Positions 53,351-63,364 of a stretch of 64,000 nt of DNA are shown piece by piece (position 1 is the first letter of the stretch; each line of letters opens with the position of its first letter). This DNA is from Meyerozyma guilliermondii (taxonomy: Eukaryota). The notes below the pieces were generated by a model that searched no databases, was not told where the DNA came from, and saw only the letters and a list, made by a program, of their open reading frames with translations. The position numbers and the translations under genes are program-made. The stretch is from NCBI GenBank assembly GCA_051546255.1, contig CP128817.1, positions 1,302,001 to 1,366,000 of the forward strand, read 5' to 3'.

Positions 53351-54511
53351 CTATTCTTCTTCCTGCCTATGCTGCTTGTACCGTCTTCCATATTTTTCAG
53401 GCACTGGGTTGTTACTGTCTGCATGCATTCTGTACTCGAATGAAACTCCCTGTACCCTTTCGTTAGAGCCCGTATCAACTGTAAAGACGTCGTTGCTGCC
53501 GGTCATAATGAGGTCCACCTCTCGAACCACTCGAAGTATCAGATCGCAGATAATTCGTCTTGCTTGGAACGACGTCAATTTTTTCTTATCATCGTCGTCG
53601 GATGGTTTCTTTTTGTTGAAGTTCAAGTTTGCGTTCCAAATGCTAATGATGTCATCGTCTTTTCTCACACTCAAAACTAATCCAGTTATGTCATTAAGTA
53701 ATATGTCTTGAACTTCCGGGGTGTAGTCACCGTCGGGAATGATAGATCCCGTCATCGTTTTGAGTAAAAGACGTTCCCAGATCAAACTGGACCGCTGTCT
53801 CAAACTTTTTATTGAATCAACATTGGTTTGTTCCGCGGGAAGGTTATAACGGCGATTGAACCGGAAAACCCAACGTCCTCCCTTGGCATTAATTGGGTCT
53901 TCCCACACGGGATTTATGCCGCTCTTGAAAACCAAAAGCTCGGTTCCTATGGGGAGATGGTATGTCTTTTTGATCGACGACAAACTCACCCATAATTGCT
54001 CGATCGATCCGATGCTGGTGACCAAATTGGACTTGTCAAGACTATTAACGTCCAAAAACTCGATTTCTTTGGTCAGATATAAATAGGTATCTACTCCAAC
54101 CGGTGCTGGTGTTTCTTCCTTGGGATCTTCGTCGGTTTCCTTTTTTGGTTTCGACCGCGAATGGTACCATATGGTCCAACAATATGGCAATATATGATGG
54201 TCAGAAGGGATTTTTGCTATAGTATCGTCGGCAGCTTTAATGGGATCTTTCTTGGGAAGGGCAGCTGTTACATTGGAATTAGCATTGGATGTGCCCGATT
54301 GGGTCGAGTAATTGTAATGGTGATGACGATTGGTATTTTTATGAGACTTGTATTTATGGTGATGGTGACCAGACTGACGTCCTCCTCCGTTTCCATTGCC
54401 CCCAGTTGGTCCCTCGCCTGCTGTTCTTGTCAAAGAAGGATTACTGATGCTGGCATTCTGCTTCATGATCCTATTGAAAAGGGACTCAGCACGTTTCAAA
54501 TTTTCAGACAT
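53351..54511 (-). CDS. eIF4E-family paralogue (class II/4EHP-like)
   Basis: HILPYCWTIWY, SIEQLW, FKSGINPVWEDPINAKGGRW, WERLLL and GLVLSVR..DIISIWN motifs. Confidence 0.88.
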   Translation of the reverse strand: MSENLKRAESLFNRIMKQNASISNPSLTRTAGEGPTGGNGNGGGRQSGHHHHKYKSHKNTNRHHHYNYSTQSGTSNANSNVTAALPKKDPIKAADDTIAKIPSDHHILPYCWTIWYHSRSKPKKETDEDPKEETPAPVGVDTYLYLTKEIEFLDVNSLDKSNLVTSIGSIEQLWVSLSSIKKTYHLPIGTELLVFKSGINPVWEDPINAKGGRWVFRFNRRYNLPAEQTNVDSIKSLRQRSSLIWERLLLKTMTGSIIPDGDYTPEVQDILLNDITGLVLSVRKDDDIISIWNANLNFNKKKPSDDDDKKKLTSFQARRIICDLILRVVREVDLIMTGSNDVFTVDTGSNERVQGVSFEYRMHADSNNPVPEKYGRRYKQHRQEEE

Positions 54512-54810
54512 GATCTATAGTTGTAAGTGAATGATAGTAAGGTTGTGAGGAAAAGATAAGCCAGGATGTGGCCGAATAGGGTGGGGAATAGTAGCCAATT
54601 TGTACAAGTTATGTGGAATGTTGGCGCGTAGATTCTTCAAATTTTTCGCTGTGCGGGTAACGGGTAGATTTTATAGGTAAGCCATAATGGATAGTGGGCA
54701 CAAAAGTTATTTCAAAATATTGCTAGTGGTCATAGTATATTGCAAGTTTACTATTAGTGTATTGTTAGTGTATTGCCATAGTATATTGTAGTACTTATTC
54801 ATATCCTCAC

Positions 54811-56253
54811 CTAACCACGTCCGTAGTAGTGCAAGTATCCTCCCAAAGTTTTGCACCCATTGATATAGTTGCTTATATCCAACTTTTCGTTGATGGAATG
54901 GGCACCGTCATCACCTCTACCCATAGGAAGCAACAACACATCTGTCTTTAATTGCTGTTCGAAAGTTAAGGTGATTGGAATGGATCCACCTTCTCTAGTG
55001 AAATCCGGCTTGATGTTCCAAACGTGCTCAGTAGCTTTGGCAGCAGCGGTAAAAGCTTCGTTGAATGGATTGGAGACCCAGTAGTTTCCGTCGTGGATCA
55101 ATTCGACCTTCAAAGTGTTGGGCGACTTCAATTCAGCGAATTTCTTGTTGACATAGTCGAATACAAGTTGGTCCAATTTGTGAGAATCGATATCTGGCAC
55201 AGTTCTAATTGAAAATTTGCCGATAACCTTGGCAGGAATCACCGTCTTGGCACCAGCACCGTAAAAGGCACCTTCAATTCCATGTAAAGACAACGAGGGG
55301 TATCTCCATCTGTGCTTCAAAATATCTTCTTTCTTCTGGTGGAGAGCGGTATTGGAACCAGAAGCAGCATTGAGTTCTTCCACAGAAAAGTCAATGTCGG
55401 TATAAAGGGCATTTTCCTTGTCGGTGAGTGGTGCTACCATGTCCAACACTCCAGGAACCAAAATGTTACCGGCGGAATCGACCAATTGAGACATTACCTT
55501 TACCAAGTCAGTCATTGGCTCTGCGATAATTCCACCGAAAATTCCACTGTGCAAGTCAGCACCAGGTCCATTGACGGTGATTTGGTAGTAATTGCATCCT
55601 CGTAAACCGTAAGTCAACACAGGTTTACTAGTACCGAGCCAATAGTTGTCGGAAATACATACAGTGTCCACTTTGTTGAAGTACTGTTTGGCCTCGCGAC
55701 CAATGAGTTCTTCCAATCCTAATGATCCACTCTCCTCCATACCTTCAAAGCACACCACCAAGTTGACGGGAAGCTCCCATTTCAACTCATTATGGGCTTC
55801 GATCACATTCAACCATCCGATCACTGGACCTTTGTCATCGGTGGATCCTCTTCCGTACAAGATGTCCTTCGTCTTGTCGTGAGTAAGCTCAAATGGTGGG
55901 GTGTTCCAGCCGTCTTCCAACAACGCTGGTTGCACGTCATAATGGCCATATACCAACACCGTCTTCTTCTTAGCATCATTTCCAAATCTGCCCAAAATGA
56001 TAGGTGGAAGCTGTAAATTAGGATCTGCCACTGGAGGAGGCTGGGTACCCAATTCGCGAGACTGGATGTCATGGAAACCTAATTTTTTAAGCTCTTTAAC
56101 GAGAAATTCACTCATGGCCACAACCTTAGGACGCAATGATTCATCACTGGAAACCGAAGGAATAGCAACAGCCTGGCGTAATCTCTCGATGAATTGAGGC
56201 TTGAGTTCATCGATCTTGTTGAAAAGGGGGTCGAGTTCTAATTTGTCTGACAT
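54811..56253 (-). CDS. DUG1: Cys-Gly metallodipeptidase (M20)
   Basis: YGHYDVQP, GRGSTDDKGP, EGMEESGS, DLHSG, REGGSIP and AHSINEK motifs. ATG at 56253. Confidence 0.95.
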   Translation of the reverse strand: MSDKLELDPLFNKIDELKPQFIERLRQAVAIPSVSSDESLRPKVVAMSEFLVKELKKLGFHDIQSRELGTQPPPVADPNLQLPPIILGRFGNDAKKKTVLVYGHYDVQPALLEDGWNTPPFELTHDKTKDILYGRGSTDDKGPVIGWLNVIEAHNELKWELPVNLVVCFEGMEESGSLGLEELIGREAKQYFNKVDTVCISDNYWLGTSKPVLTYGLRGCNYYQITVNGPGADLHSGIFGGIIAEPMTDLVKVMSQLVDSAGNILVPGVLDMVAPLTDKENALYTDIDFSVEELNAASGSNTALHQKKEDILKHRWRYPSLSLHGIEGAFYGAGAKTVIPAKVIGKFSIRTVPDIDSHKLDQLVFDYVNKKFAELKSPNTLKVELIHDGNYWVSNPFNEAFTAAAKATEHVWNIKPDFTREGGSIPITLTFEQQLKTDVLLLPMGRGDDGAHSINEKLDISNYINGCKTLGGYLHYYGRG

Positions 56254-56392
56254 TTTGTATAACCACAAAGTTACTAAATTAATTTTATGTTCCGGTGGGA
56301 ATGTGGAGCCGCGCGGTGCATCGGGGTTTATAAGTGCCGTTTTAAAGTTTGGTGCCGCGGACGGCGTGGTTGCAGACCAGAGTAACCATGCA

Positions 56393-57796
56393 ATGTCTCT
56401 GGACTCCGACGATGTTCTAGACATACTAGCTCCAAGCGGACATCGTAGGAAACACAAGCGGCCAAGATTGTCTGAGAAAAGATCCCAGAAAATCGACGAT
56501 GAATTCGTGGTGCAACTTCCTCTGATTTTCCAGTCCGATGCCGTGGCCAATACGGCGGTTTACGAAAGAAGCCGAGCCTTGGACCAGGCAATACTGAGGC
56601 AGCAGAGTGTAGAGGCAGAAGAGGAGGCTTCGAAACGCCAAGAAACAGCCCAAGTGGTTGGCCAATTGAACCGTTGGCGTCCTCAGAAATATGCATTGAC
56701 GGCTGAAAATACCCAAATTCTGCAACTTTTGACTCGGGAAAGTCAGTTCTATTCTGTCCGGTTTGTAGAGTACGAGTCTCAGCCGGAGATCTGGTGCCGA
56801 GCGTTGCAGCCAAATAATTATGATGCACTTTACCAAAGTACAAGAACGCATTTTGCGGACTTTGTAGAAAAATGTGTGTCGAGCTCATCGGAAGCAGTTG
56901 TGACTCTGGCGCTGAATTTCGTGGCCTACTTGATTCACAGTGTGAAGGACGTAAGAGGGATGAACATTGCCGACTTGGAATCAATTCTTCAATCAATGAC
57001 TATAGAACCAAGTTTCGGTACTTCTATTCGTGCTGGCACGTTTAGTCGGTACTTGGCCCTTCCTGATGGTCAACTCTTACTCAAGAGACTTGGTCTTGTG
57101 TTCAAGTGCTTTCGCTTAGTTCAAGAGTCTGATACCTCAATGGCTTATTATTTCTTTCTCGTACTTGCTGACTCGAACCTATACCTCAACCACTACGTTG
57201 ACTTATCACACTTGGCGAGGGACATCTTTCCACTTTTAATTCGAACTTTGGGAGCCAGTTCCGTACTCACAGTTGCCGAAACAGTGTTCAAGTCCTTGAG
57301 GCCGATTGAAAACGAAACCGAATATTCCTTTTTGTCCACTGTCTCCAAATTGCGATATAGAACACTACATTTACTATGGAATCTGGTTGACCGAACCATT
57401 GTTCAGGACATGATTCTTGCATTTGTCAATGGTATGCTGACTTTGAACAGTACGTTAAATGATTGCATTGAGGCTGGTACAAAAATGACGATGGACAAGC
57501 CGGAGAAATCCTCGGATTTTCAATCTGTTATTGATGTTCACTACCAATTATACTCTTTGCTACTTGTTCTATCTCCATTGAACACCATTAATGAGTCAAA
57601 GGAAACAAACCAAAGAATTTTGCAACTACTCGACACAAAGCAAAAGGACATAACTTCACAAGTGGCCTCGCTTGAACGCTCAGAAACTGAAGTTTCAAGA
57701 ACTATTATTACTCAAGCCACAGCACTCCTTCAAAAACTCATGGCTATGAAGCGACAGTATCAGCGGCGTACCTTTATAGATATCTTCTACGACTAA
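56393..57796 (+). CDS. Uncharacterised 467-aa helical protein (candidate Nse6/Kre29, see findings)
   Basis: ATG at 56393, followed by a basic NLS-like HRRKHKRPR, a short coiled coil and an all-alpha body. Confidence 0.7.
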   Translation: MSLDSDDVLDILAPSGHRRKHKRPRLSEKRSQKIDDEFVVQLPLIFQSDAVANTAVYERSRALDQAILRQQSVEAEEEASKRQETAQVVGQLNRWRPQKYALTAENTQILQLLTRESQFYSVRFVEYESQPEIWCRALQPNNYDALYQSTRTHFADFVEKCVSSSSEAVVTLALNFVAYLIHSVKDVRGMNIADLESILQSMTIEPSFGTSIRAGTFSRYLALPDGQLLLKRLGLVFKCFRLVQESDTSMAYYFFLVLADSNLYLNHYVDLSHLARDIFPLLIRTLGASSVLTVAETVFKSLRPIENETEYSFLSTVSKLRYRTLHLLWNLVDRTIVQDMILAFVNGMLTLNSTLNDCIEAGTKMTMDKPEKSSDFQSVIDVHYQLYSLLLVLSPLNTINESKETNQRILQLLDTKQKDITSQVASLERSETEVSRTIITQATALLQKLMAMKRQYQRRTFIDIFYD

Positions 57797-57892
57797 GCAC
57801 ATCCATACCCTAACTGGTGTTGGGTGCACTGGGTTCATGAGAATCCCACGTTGTAGCACAAGTATCATTAAACCGCAAACAAGTAAACCACT

Positions 57893-58759
57893 ATGACGGC
57901 CCTGGAAGCAAAACCAATCACATATGCTAACCCTGAGCTCGCCGGATCCGAGAAACCAGGTACTTCCATTCACTTACCGTATGGATTCGGCCCGATTCCT
58001 CCAGCTGACTCATCGAAACCAAACAAAGTCTTTTATTTTGACATAGATAATTGCTTGTACCAGCGGTCTACTCGGATCCATGACATGATGCAAGACAAGA
58101 TCCACCAATATTTCAAGGATAGCCTTCAACTTGACGACGAGGAAGCTCATAAATTGCATATAAATTATTACCGTGAATACGGATTGGCCTTGGAGGGCCT
58201 TGTGAGAAACCACCAAGTCGATGCTTTGGAATACAATGCCCAGGTTGATGATGCGCTAGACTTGAAGAGTGTTCTTCATTACAATCAGCAACTTCGCGAC
58301 ATGTTGATTCGCATTAAAGAAACTCATAAATTTGACTACTTTTGGTTGGTCACCAATGCTTACAAGAACCATGCGCTTCGAGTCATATCGTTCTTGGGCC
58401 TTGGAGATCTCTTTGACGGACTTACGTTTTGTGACTATTCCAAATTTCCTATCATTTGCAAGCCTATGAACGAGTACTTTTTCCACTTTTTGGACTTGAC
58501 CCACACGTCCACCAACTTCCGAACGCCGGGAGTGTTGAAACAGCAGTATTTTGTAGATGATAGTGAGATTAACGTCAAGGCGGCTCACAGGTTGGGCTTT
58601 GGAAATGTTATCCACTATGTCGAATTAGAGGAGGAGTACAAAAAGTTGAAACAAAAAGTTGACTTTGAAGAGTTTTATGGGTCAGGAGATAATGCTGACT
58701 TGTCGAAGATTCGAATAGTCCGTGATATACTCGATCTTGAGTCGGTTATAGGTAATTAG
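57893..58759 (+). CDS. SDT1: HAD pyrimidine 5'-nucleotidase Sdt1/Phm8
   Basis: FDIDNCLY, YYREYGLA, TNAYKNHA, CKP and FVDDS motifs. Confidence 0.9.
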   Translation: MTALEAKPITYANPELAGSEKPGTSIHLPYGFGPIPPADSSKPNKVFYFDIDNCLYQRSTRIHDMMQDKIHQYFKDSLQLDDEEAHKLHINYYREYGLALEGLVRNHQVDALEYNAQVDDALDLKSVLHYNQQLRDMLIRIKETHKFDYFWLVTNAYKNHALRVISFLGLGDLFDGLTFCDYSKFPIICKPMNEYFFHFLDLTHTSTNFRTPGVLKQQYFVDDSEINVKAAHRLGFGNVIHYVELEEEYKKLKQKVDFEEFYGSGDNADLSKIRIVRDILDLESVIGN

Positions 58760-58820
58760 AGGTATTCGCATCGTAAATTATATCCGAATAAATTTCGCAC
58801 CCAATTTATCATTATTGGCG

Positions 58821-59627
58821 ATGACAGAGTGTAAAGGAAGAATACTCTTTTTTCATGGTTTTACCCAATCGGCGTCGCTCTTCTATGCCAAAACATCGGC
58901 TCTCCGCAAAAGACTAATCAAACTCAACTATAAACCGGTATATCTTAATGGACCAGTCCGGCTAACTCCGAGTGATCTTCCATCTCGAGACTCATTATCC
59001 AAGTTCAACTCGGTTCCAAGCTCCAGCGATGAAGAGACAGACTATCGTGGCTGGTGGTTCAAGAGAAATCTCCTTTCTGGCGAAGGAATCAAGCTTGATG
59101 ATTCCATAGTGACAATCAGAGACTACTTGGAAAACGGCAAGATTATTCCTGAAGAGGGCTTCCAGCAAGAAATTGATGAAAACGACAAAAATATACCTGT
59201 TGTAGGTTTGGTTGGCTTCTCTCAAGGAGCATGCTTGGCAGGTATTATTTGCCATAAATTCAACGAATTTTTTCATGTAGATTCGTTGAAATTCGTTATC
59301 CTATATTCGGGATTCAAATTAGACACAAGCAAGGGTTCAGGTCAGGAGATGTACGACTCATACTTTCCCACCAGTGAAGACAAGTTCAAAATTCTTCATG
59401 TTTATGGAGAGTTGGACACTGTGGTGGAGGCAAGTCGATCAGAGGCATTTTACGAAAGCACCAAAGATATCTCTACTTTGTTGAAACACCCTGGAGGTCA
59501 CTTTGTGCCCAACTCTAAGCTCATGATAGACCAAGTGACGAATTGGATCCAGAGCTTGGATATCGAGCAAAAGAAAGAAGAAGAAGAGGAAGATATTATG
59601 GATATGTTTGATAAGATTGGCCATTGA
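58821..59627 (+). CDS. FSH3: FSH-family serine hydrolase
   Basis: HGFTQS, GFSQGA, GELDTVV and HPGGHFVPN motifs. Which FSH paralogue it is remains less certain. Confidence 0.85.
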   Translation: MTECKGRILFFHGFTQSASLFYAKTSALRKRLIKLNYKPVYLNGPVRLTPSDLPSRDSLSKFNSVPSSSDEETDYRGWWFKRNLLSGEGIKLDDSIVTIRDYLENGKIIPEEGFQQEIDENDKNIPVVGLVGFSQGACLAGIICHKFNEFFHVDSLKFVILYSGFKLDTSKGSGQEMYDSYFPTSEDKFKILHVYGELDTVVEASRSEAFYESTKDISTLLKHPGGHFVPNSKLMIDQVTNWIQSLDIEQKKEEEEEDIMDMFDKIGH

Positions 59628-59636
59628 CTATGGACA

Positions 59637-60569
59637 TTATAATTCATCGTGGACGGTTTTCTTCTTGGCTTCCTTTTTAGGTTTTTCGGTCCTATCCTCT
59701 TTGGGTTTCTTCTCCTTTATGCCTCGGTATTTTGAATAGTAGCGGTCTTTCTTTGAAAGCTGACCCTCTACTGGTAAGTGACCGTTTTGTTCGATGAGCC
59801 ATTTGCTGATAGCTAACTTGTCATCTAGTTTTGGTCGGTCAAAGCGAACTAGCTCACCTTCCTGAACGTTAAAAAGCATGGGAAAGTCGGTTATAGAGCT
59901 CAAATTCAAATCGGCCACTGCCTGTTTGAACAGGTCTTTATCTTTCACTGTGACCATGGAAAACTCGGTTGAATTCAAAAAGTCAATAGCCAACGATTTG
60001 TACATATTATGAATAGAATTAGACTCCGTGAACAATACCACCTTACTTCTAGTGGAAGGATTGGATAACCATTGTCTCAAGCTATCACTTGATGGATTAT
60101 TGAATTTTTTCACATAATTTTTGATACGAGAATTGACAAAATTCATGATAGACTTGAAGCTTCTTTCACCAGAATACGTTTCCATAGCGTGAACTCCTTG
60201 TGGTTTTGGTTTATCTTGGTTATATTTGGGAGGACGGAACACCATCAATGTTGGAAATCCACTGACCCGATGTTTGCTACACAAAGGTTTGTTGTAATCT
60301 TTATCACAGTTCACTGCCACTACATTGACGGCGTACTGTCCATCTTTATGGAAAAACTTGCCCAATTTCTTGTAAATTGGTGTCAACTGTTTGCAATAAC
60401 CACACCATGGAGCGTAGAATTTGACGATGGAAGTATAATTTGATTTGTGAACCACCTTGTCAAAGTTAGAAGGAGTGAGCTCGTAGATATTAGGGTCTGA
60501 GGCGTAGACATCCTCACCCGCCACTACCGATAATAGTAATAGGAAGATAGTTGGTAGGCCCAAATGCAT
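59637..60569 (-). CDS. MPD1: ER protein disulfide isomerase Mpd1
   Basis: Signal peptide, single WCGYC thioredoxin site, GFPTLMVFRPPK and a C-terminal HDEL. Confidence 0.92.
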   Translation of the reverse strand: MHLGLPTIFLLLLSVVAGEDVYASDPNIYELTPSNFDKVVHKSNYTSIVKFYAPWCGYCKQLTPIYKKLGKFFHKDGQYAVNVVAVNCDKDYNKPLCSKHRVSGFPTLMVFRPPKYNQDKPKPQGVHAMETYSGERSFKSIMNFVNSRIKNYVKKFNNPSSDSLRQWLSNPSTRSKVVLFTESNSIHNMYKSLAIDFLNSTEFSMVTVKDKDLFKQAVADLNLSSITDFPMLFNVQEGELVRFDRPKLDDKLAISKWLIEQNGHLPVEGQLSKKDRYYSKYRGIKEKKPKEDRTEKPKKEAKKKTVHDEL

Positions 60570-60751
60570 TAAAGATTCAGTGCGACTGAGAGCGAAAAGT
60601 TCAAGAGATTGGAGCGAGCAATACCGAGAACGGAAGTTAAAAGTGAGGGCAATGGTAATTGAGATTGAGAGTTACGATTAATTGAGATCGAAATTTACGG
60701 TTATAAAGCACTTGGAGTCTCTAAAAGCTCATATTCTTTCTGTATCTTGCA

Positions 60752-61176
60752 TTATATGTATACACCCACCAGGTTAGAGACATATATACTGCCTAAGCCC
60801 ACGGCTAAAGATGCAATTGTAGCATGGGTAAAGTAGCTCACGGGCGATTGGGCCTTTTTGTCCACTAGTAAAGCCAAAGAGAGAGAAATAAATGCTTTGT
60901 TAGTACTGAGCAGCCGAATAGGCGAGGTGAACCCAAGGCAAAGATAAAGAAAAGATCAAGAAAATGACCAGGAAAATGATCCGAAGAAGGGCATTGTGTT
61001 TGAACAGATTGTAACTGTAATTCAATCATACCCCGCTGCTTCATATATTTCAACTTACCAACTATTATCAACAAAACCGTGATTATACCCAGGTATTTGT
61101 CAGAAGGTACTATAGGACTTGACCCCGAGGCATACAAGTTTGTGTACTCCTCGTACGATTGTCCGAATAATGACAT
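60752..61176 (-). CDS. OST5: Oligosaccharyltransferase subunit Ost5 (TMEM258), 86 aa; exons 61059-61176 and 60752-60894, intron 60895-61058
   Basis: GTAAGT donor and TACTAAC-AAAG acceptor. The spliced 261 nt give a two-TM protein ending SIYVSNSVGVYI (CTG=Ser). Confidence 0.9.
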
Positions 61177-61277
61177 GGCAGTTATAAAGAACACGGTTTC
61201 TACGAGATAACTCGGGCTGCCTGCAGGAAGTGCAAATCATCAGCGGCTGCGTTTGTAAAGTTTTAAGAGTTATCACC

Positions 61278-62216
61278 ATGTCTGACGGTTGGAACACCAT
61301 TGATTCCGACGCCGGTGTGTTTACAGAGCTCGTGGAAAAGCTACAAGTGCCCAATGTTGAGTTGGATGATATTTTTTCTATAGATTCCGATTCGCTTCTG
61401 CAATTTGCTCCACTTCATGGTGTAATTTTTCTCTTTAAATATGGCAATATTGATCGCCAATACGCCAGTGATGGAAATAAACCTCTTGCGGGAACATACG
61501 ATAAAGATTATCAAGAAAAGGGGATTTTTTTCGCCAAACAAACCATTCAGAATGCCTGTGCTACTCAGGCTGTTCTCAACATTCTCATGAATAGTAACAT
61601 TGATTTGGGCCCAGAACTCTCCAATTTCAAGTCTTTTGTGACAGGGTTCGATAGCGAGATGACTGGTGATACTATATCCAACAGTACTTTGATCAGAACT
61701 GTCCATAATTCGTTCTCTGCTCCACCGATGATTGCTAACGATAAGAGACCACCACAACACAATTACTACGATCATGACGACGGTTTGTTCCATTTTATAG
61801 GCTACCAGAACATTGATGGCACTCTCTATGAACTTGATGGGCTCAAGAGCTATCCAATTGAGCACGGACCTTGCACAAAAGAAACGTTTCCCCACGCAGT
61901 TTCCGAGGTTCTCATGAAACGAATTTCAATGTATAGTGGAGAACTTCGATTTTCGCTTTTGGCAATTACCCACAATCGGCTCGAGTATTTCAAGCAAATT
62001 GATGACGCCGAGGCTATGAGTCAGGAAGTGGTGAAACGTGAGCAATGGGCCCGTGAAAACAAATTGCGTCGTCAAGATTATACTGGGTTGATTGGCGCTT
62101 TGGTAACTAGCCTCGCTTCAGAGTGTAGTGAGAGTGAATGGACCCGTTTGCTCAAGGAAGCAGAGCATAAAGGCCACGTTCGTATGATACAGGATTACAA
62201 GAGTATCAGAAGATAG
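61278..62216 (+). CDS. Ubiquitin C-terminal hydrolase, UCH37/UCHL5-like with C-terminal helical extension
   Basis: GWNTIDSDAGVFTEL, QTIQNACATQA, FHFIGY, LYELDGL, RFSLLA and WARENKLRRQDY motifs. ATG at 61278. Confidence 0.9.
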   Translation: MSDGWNTIDSDAGVFTELVEKLQVPNVELDDIFSIDSDSLLQFAPLHGVIFLFKYGNIDRQYASDGNKPLAGTYDKDYQEKGIFFAKQTIQNACATQAVLNILMNSNIDLGPELSNFKSFVTGFDSEMTGDTISNSTLIRTVHNSFSAPPMIANDKRPPQHNYYDHDDGLFHFIGYQNIDGTLYELDGLKSYPIEHGPCTKETFPHAVSEVLMKRISMYSGELRFSLLAITHNRLEYFKQIDDAEAMSQEVVKREQWARENKLRRQDYTGLIGALVTSLASECSESEWTRLLKEAEHKGHVRMIQDYKSIRR

Positions 62217-62220
62217 TTAT

Positions 62221-63231
62221 TTATTCCACATCACCGAGAGCAAAGAGTCCACCTCCAGGACCACGACTGTGTCTTGAAAAATAATCAAAGTCAATACTTA
62301 CGGCATTTCCAAGAAGCACAGCTCTTTGGTCCAACGTGAGCGGGCCCGCGACTGAAGGGTACATGTTGCCAAGACCTTCAAAACTGGCGGGATCCATGCG
62401 AATAATATATACACCAGTATCGGTGAACAATTCTCGTCCGAGTCCCACCCAGTTTCTGTCTACCGAAGCTATCACATCACCATTTTCATTCGTTACTGGG
62501 AAGTCAAACGATAAGAACGGAGCATCTATAGCTCCAAATTGCTCGTATTCGTCGGTTTCGTCATCTTCCAACTTGAACAAATTATACTTGCGTCGCCAAA
62601 GATGCCAACTTTGAATCGACTCCCCGATGATCTCGTGCATCAATTGTCCGTCTCTATCGTACCCGGGTAAGTAGCACTTGATATGTGAATTAATGAATGA
62701 AAATGGTCTCTTAATTGTCAAAAGTAAATCGCCGTAATTGTTAAATACATCAATATCGAATGGACGATGTAACCTGAAAAATTGTCGACCAAGAACCTTG
62801 AGAAGTCCCATATCTTTTTCTTCCATAAACCCAATCTGGTCTCCTCTCGAGTTCATGATCTTATACCTGTTTGCTTGTTCGAATCCAAGAATCACATTCA
62901 TAAATTCCATCTGTCTTTCGATTACCAAAGTTGGCTCCCGAAGTATATCATATATGCCATCTTCCGGGGTTATCAAGCCATTCTTATTGGGAGGAACCTC
63001 AAAAACCGTGTTGAATTGAGATGGTTGGCCCACATGCCCTTTATAATCGGTCGACGGTTGTTCGTGATAATAAAAGTCTTGCTTTTGGCTCAGCTGTTGC
63101 TGCCGTTGTTGAGCAAATTTCCGGACCTCTTCTTCAGATATTTCTCGAGTAATTCTAGTTCTGTTTCTAGCATAGGATCTGGCTGAAGATGCCAAGAGCC
63201 TTCGGCTGAGAAATTGAAGGCGTGAAGTCAT
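62221..63231 (-). CDS. AIM25: Mitochondrial phospholipid-scramblase-family protein Aim25
   Basis: ERQMEFMNVILGFEQANRY, WHLWRRKY and LDQRAVLLGNAVSIDFDYFSRHS motifs. ATG at 63231. Confidence 0.92.
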   Translation of the reverse strand: MTSRLQFLSRRLLASSARSYARNRTRITREISEEEVRKFAQQRQQQLSQKQDFYYHEQPSTDYKGHVGQPSQFNTVFEVPPNKNGLITPEDGIYDILREPTLVIERQMEFMNVILGFEQANRYKIMNSRGDQIGFMEEKDMGLLKVLGRQFFRLHRPFDIDVFNNYGDLLLTIKRPFSFINSHIKCYLPGYDRDGQLMHEIIGESIQSWHLWRRKYNLFKLEDDETDEYEQFGAIDAPFLSFDFPVTNENGDVIASVDRNWVGLGRELFTDTGVYIIRMDPASFEGLGNMYPSVAGPLTLDQRAVLLGNAVSIDFDYFSRHSRGPGGGLFALGDVE

Positions 63232-63364
63232 GGCAATTGAAGGTGCTAATGAACCTAAGGACCTTAGGTTGTATGCCGGAAAAGCGAAAAGAAAATGATA
63301 GGAAAATAAACTATGATAGGAAGAGTGAGATGAATATAAACCACGTTTATTAACTTTTGATGCA

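Noticed and set aside
54720..54800. Short degenerate TAGTGTATTG/TAGTATATTG repeats after DUG1
   Set aside because: Low-complexity 3'-UTR/terminator sequence with no spacer structure and no credible splice donor.
56254..56550. N-terminal extension of DUG1 and reciprocal extension of the + strand ORF from 56201
   Set aside because: Produced by alternative start codons in the ORF track. Family-consistent ATGs are at 56253 and 56393.
59625..59642. TGA-CTA readthrough context at the FSH3 stop
   Set aside because: The extension would be only X-L-W-T-L, which is not a PTS1, so there is no support for functional readthrough.
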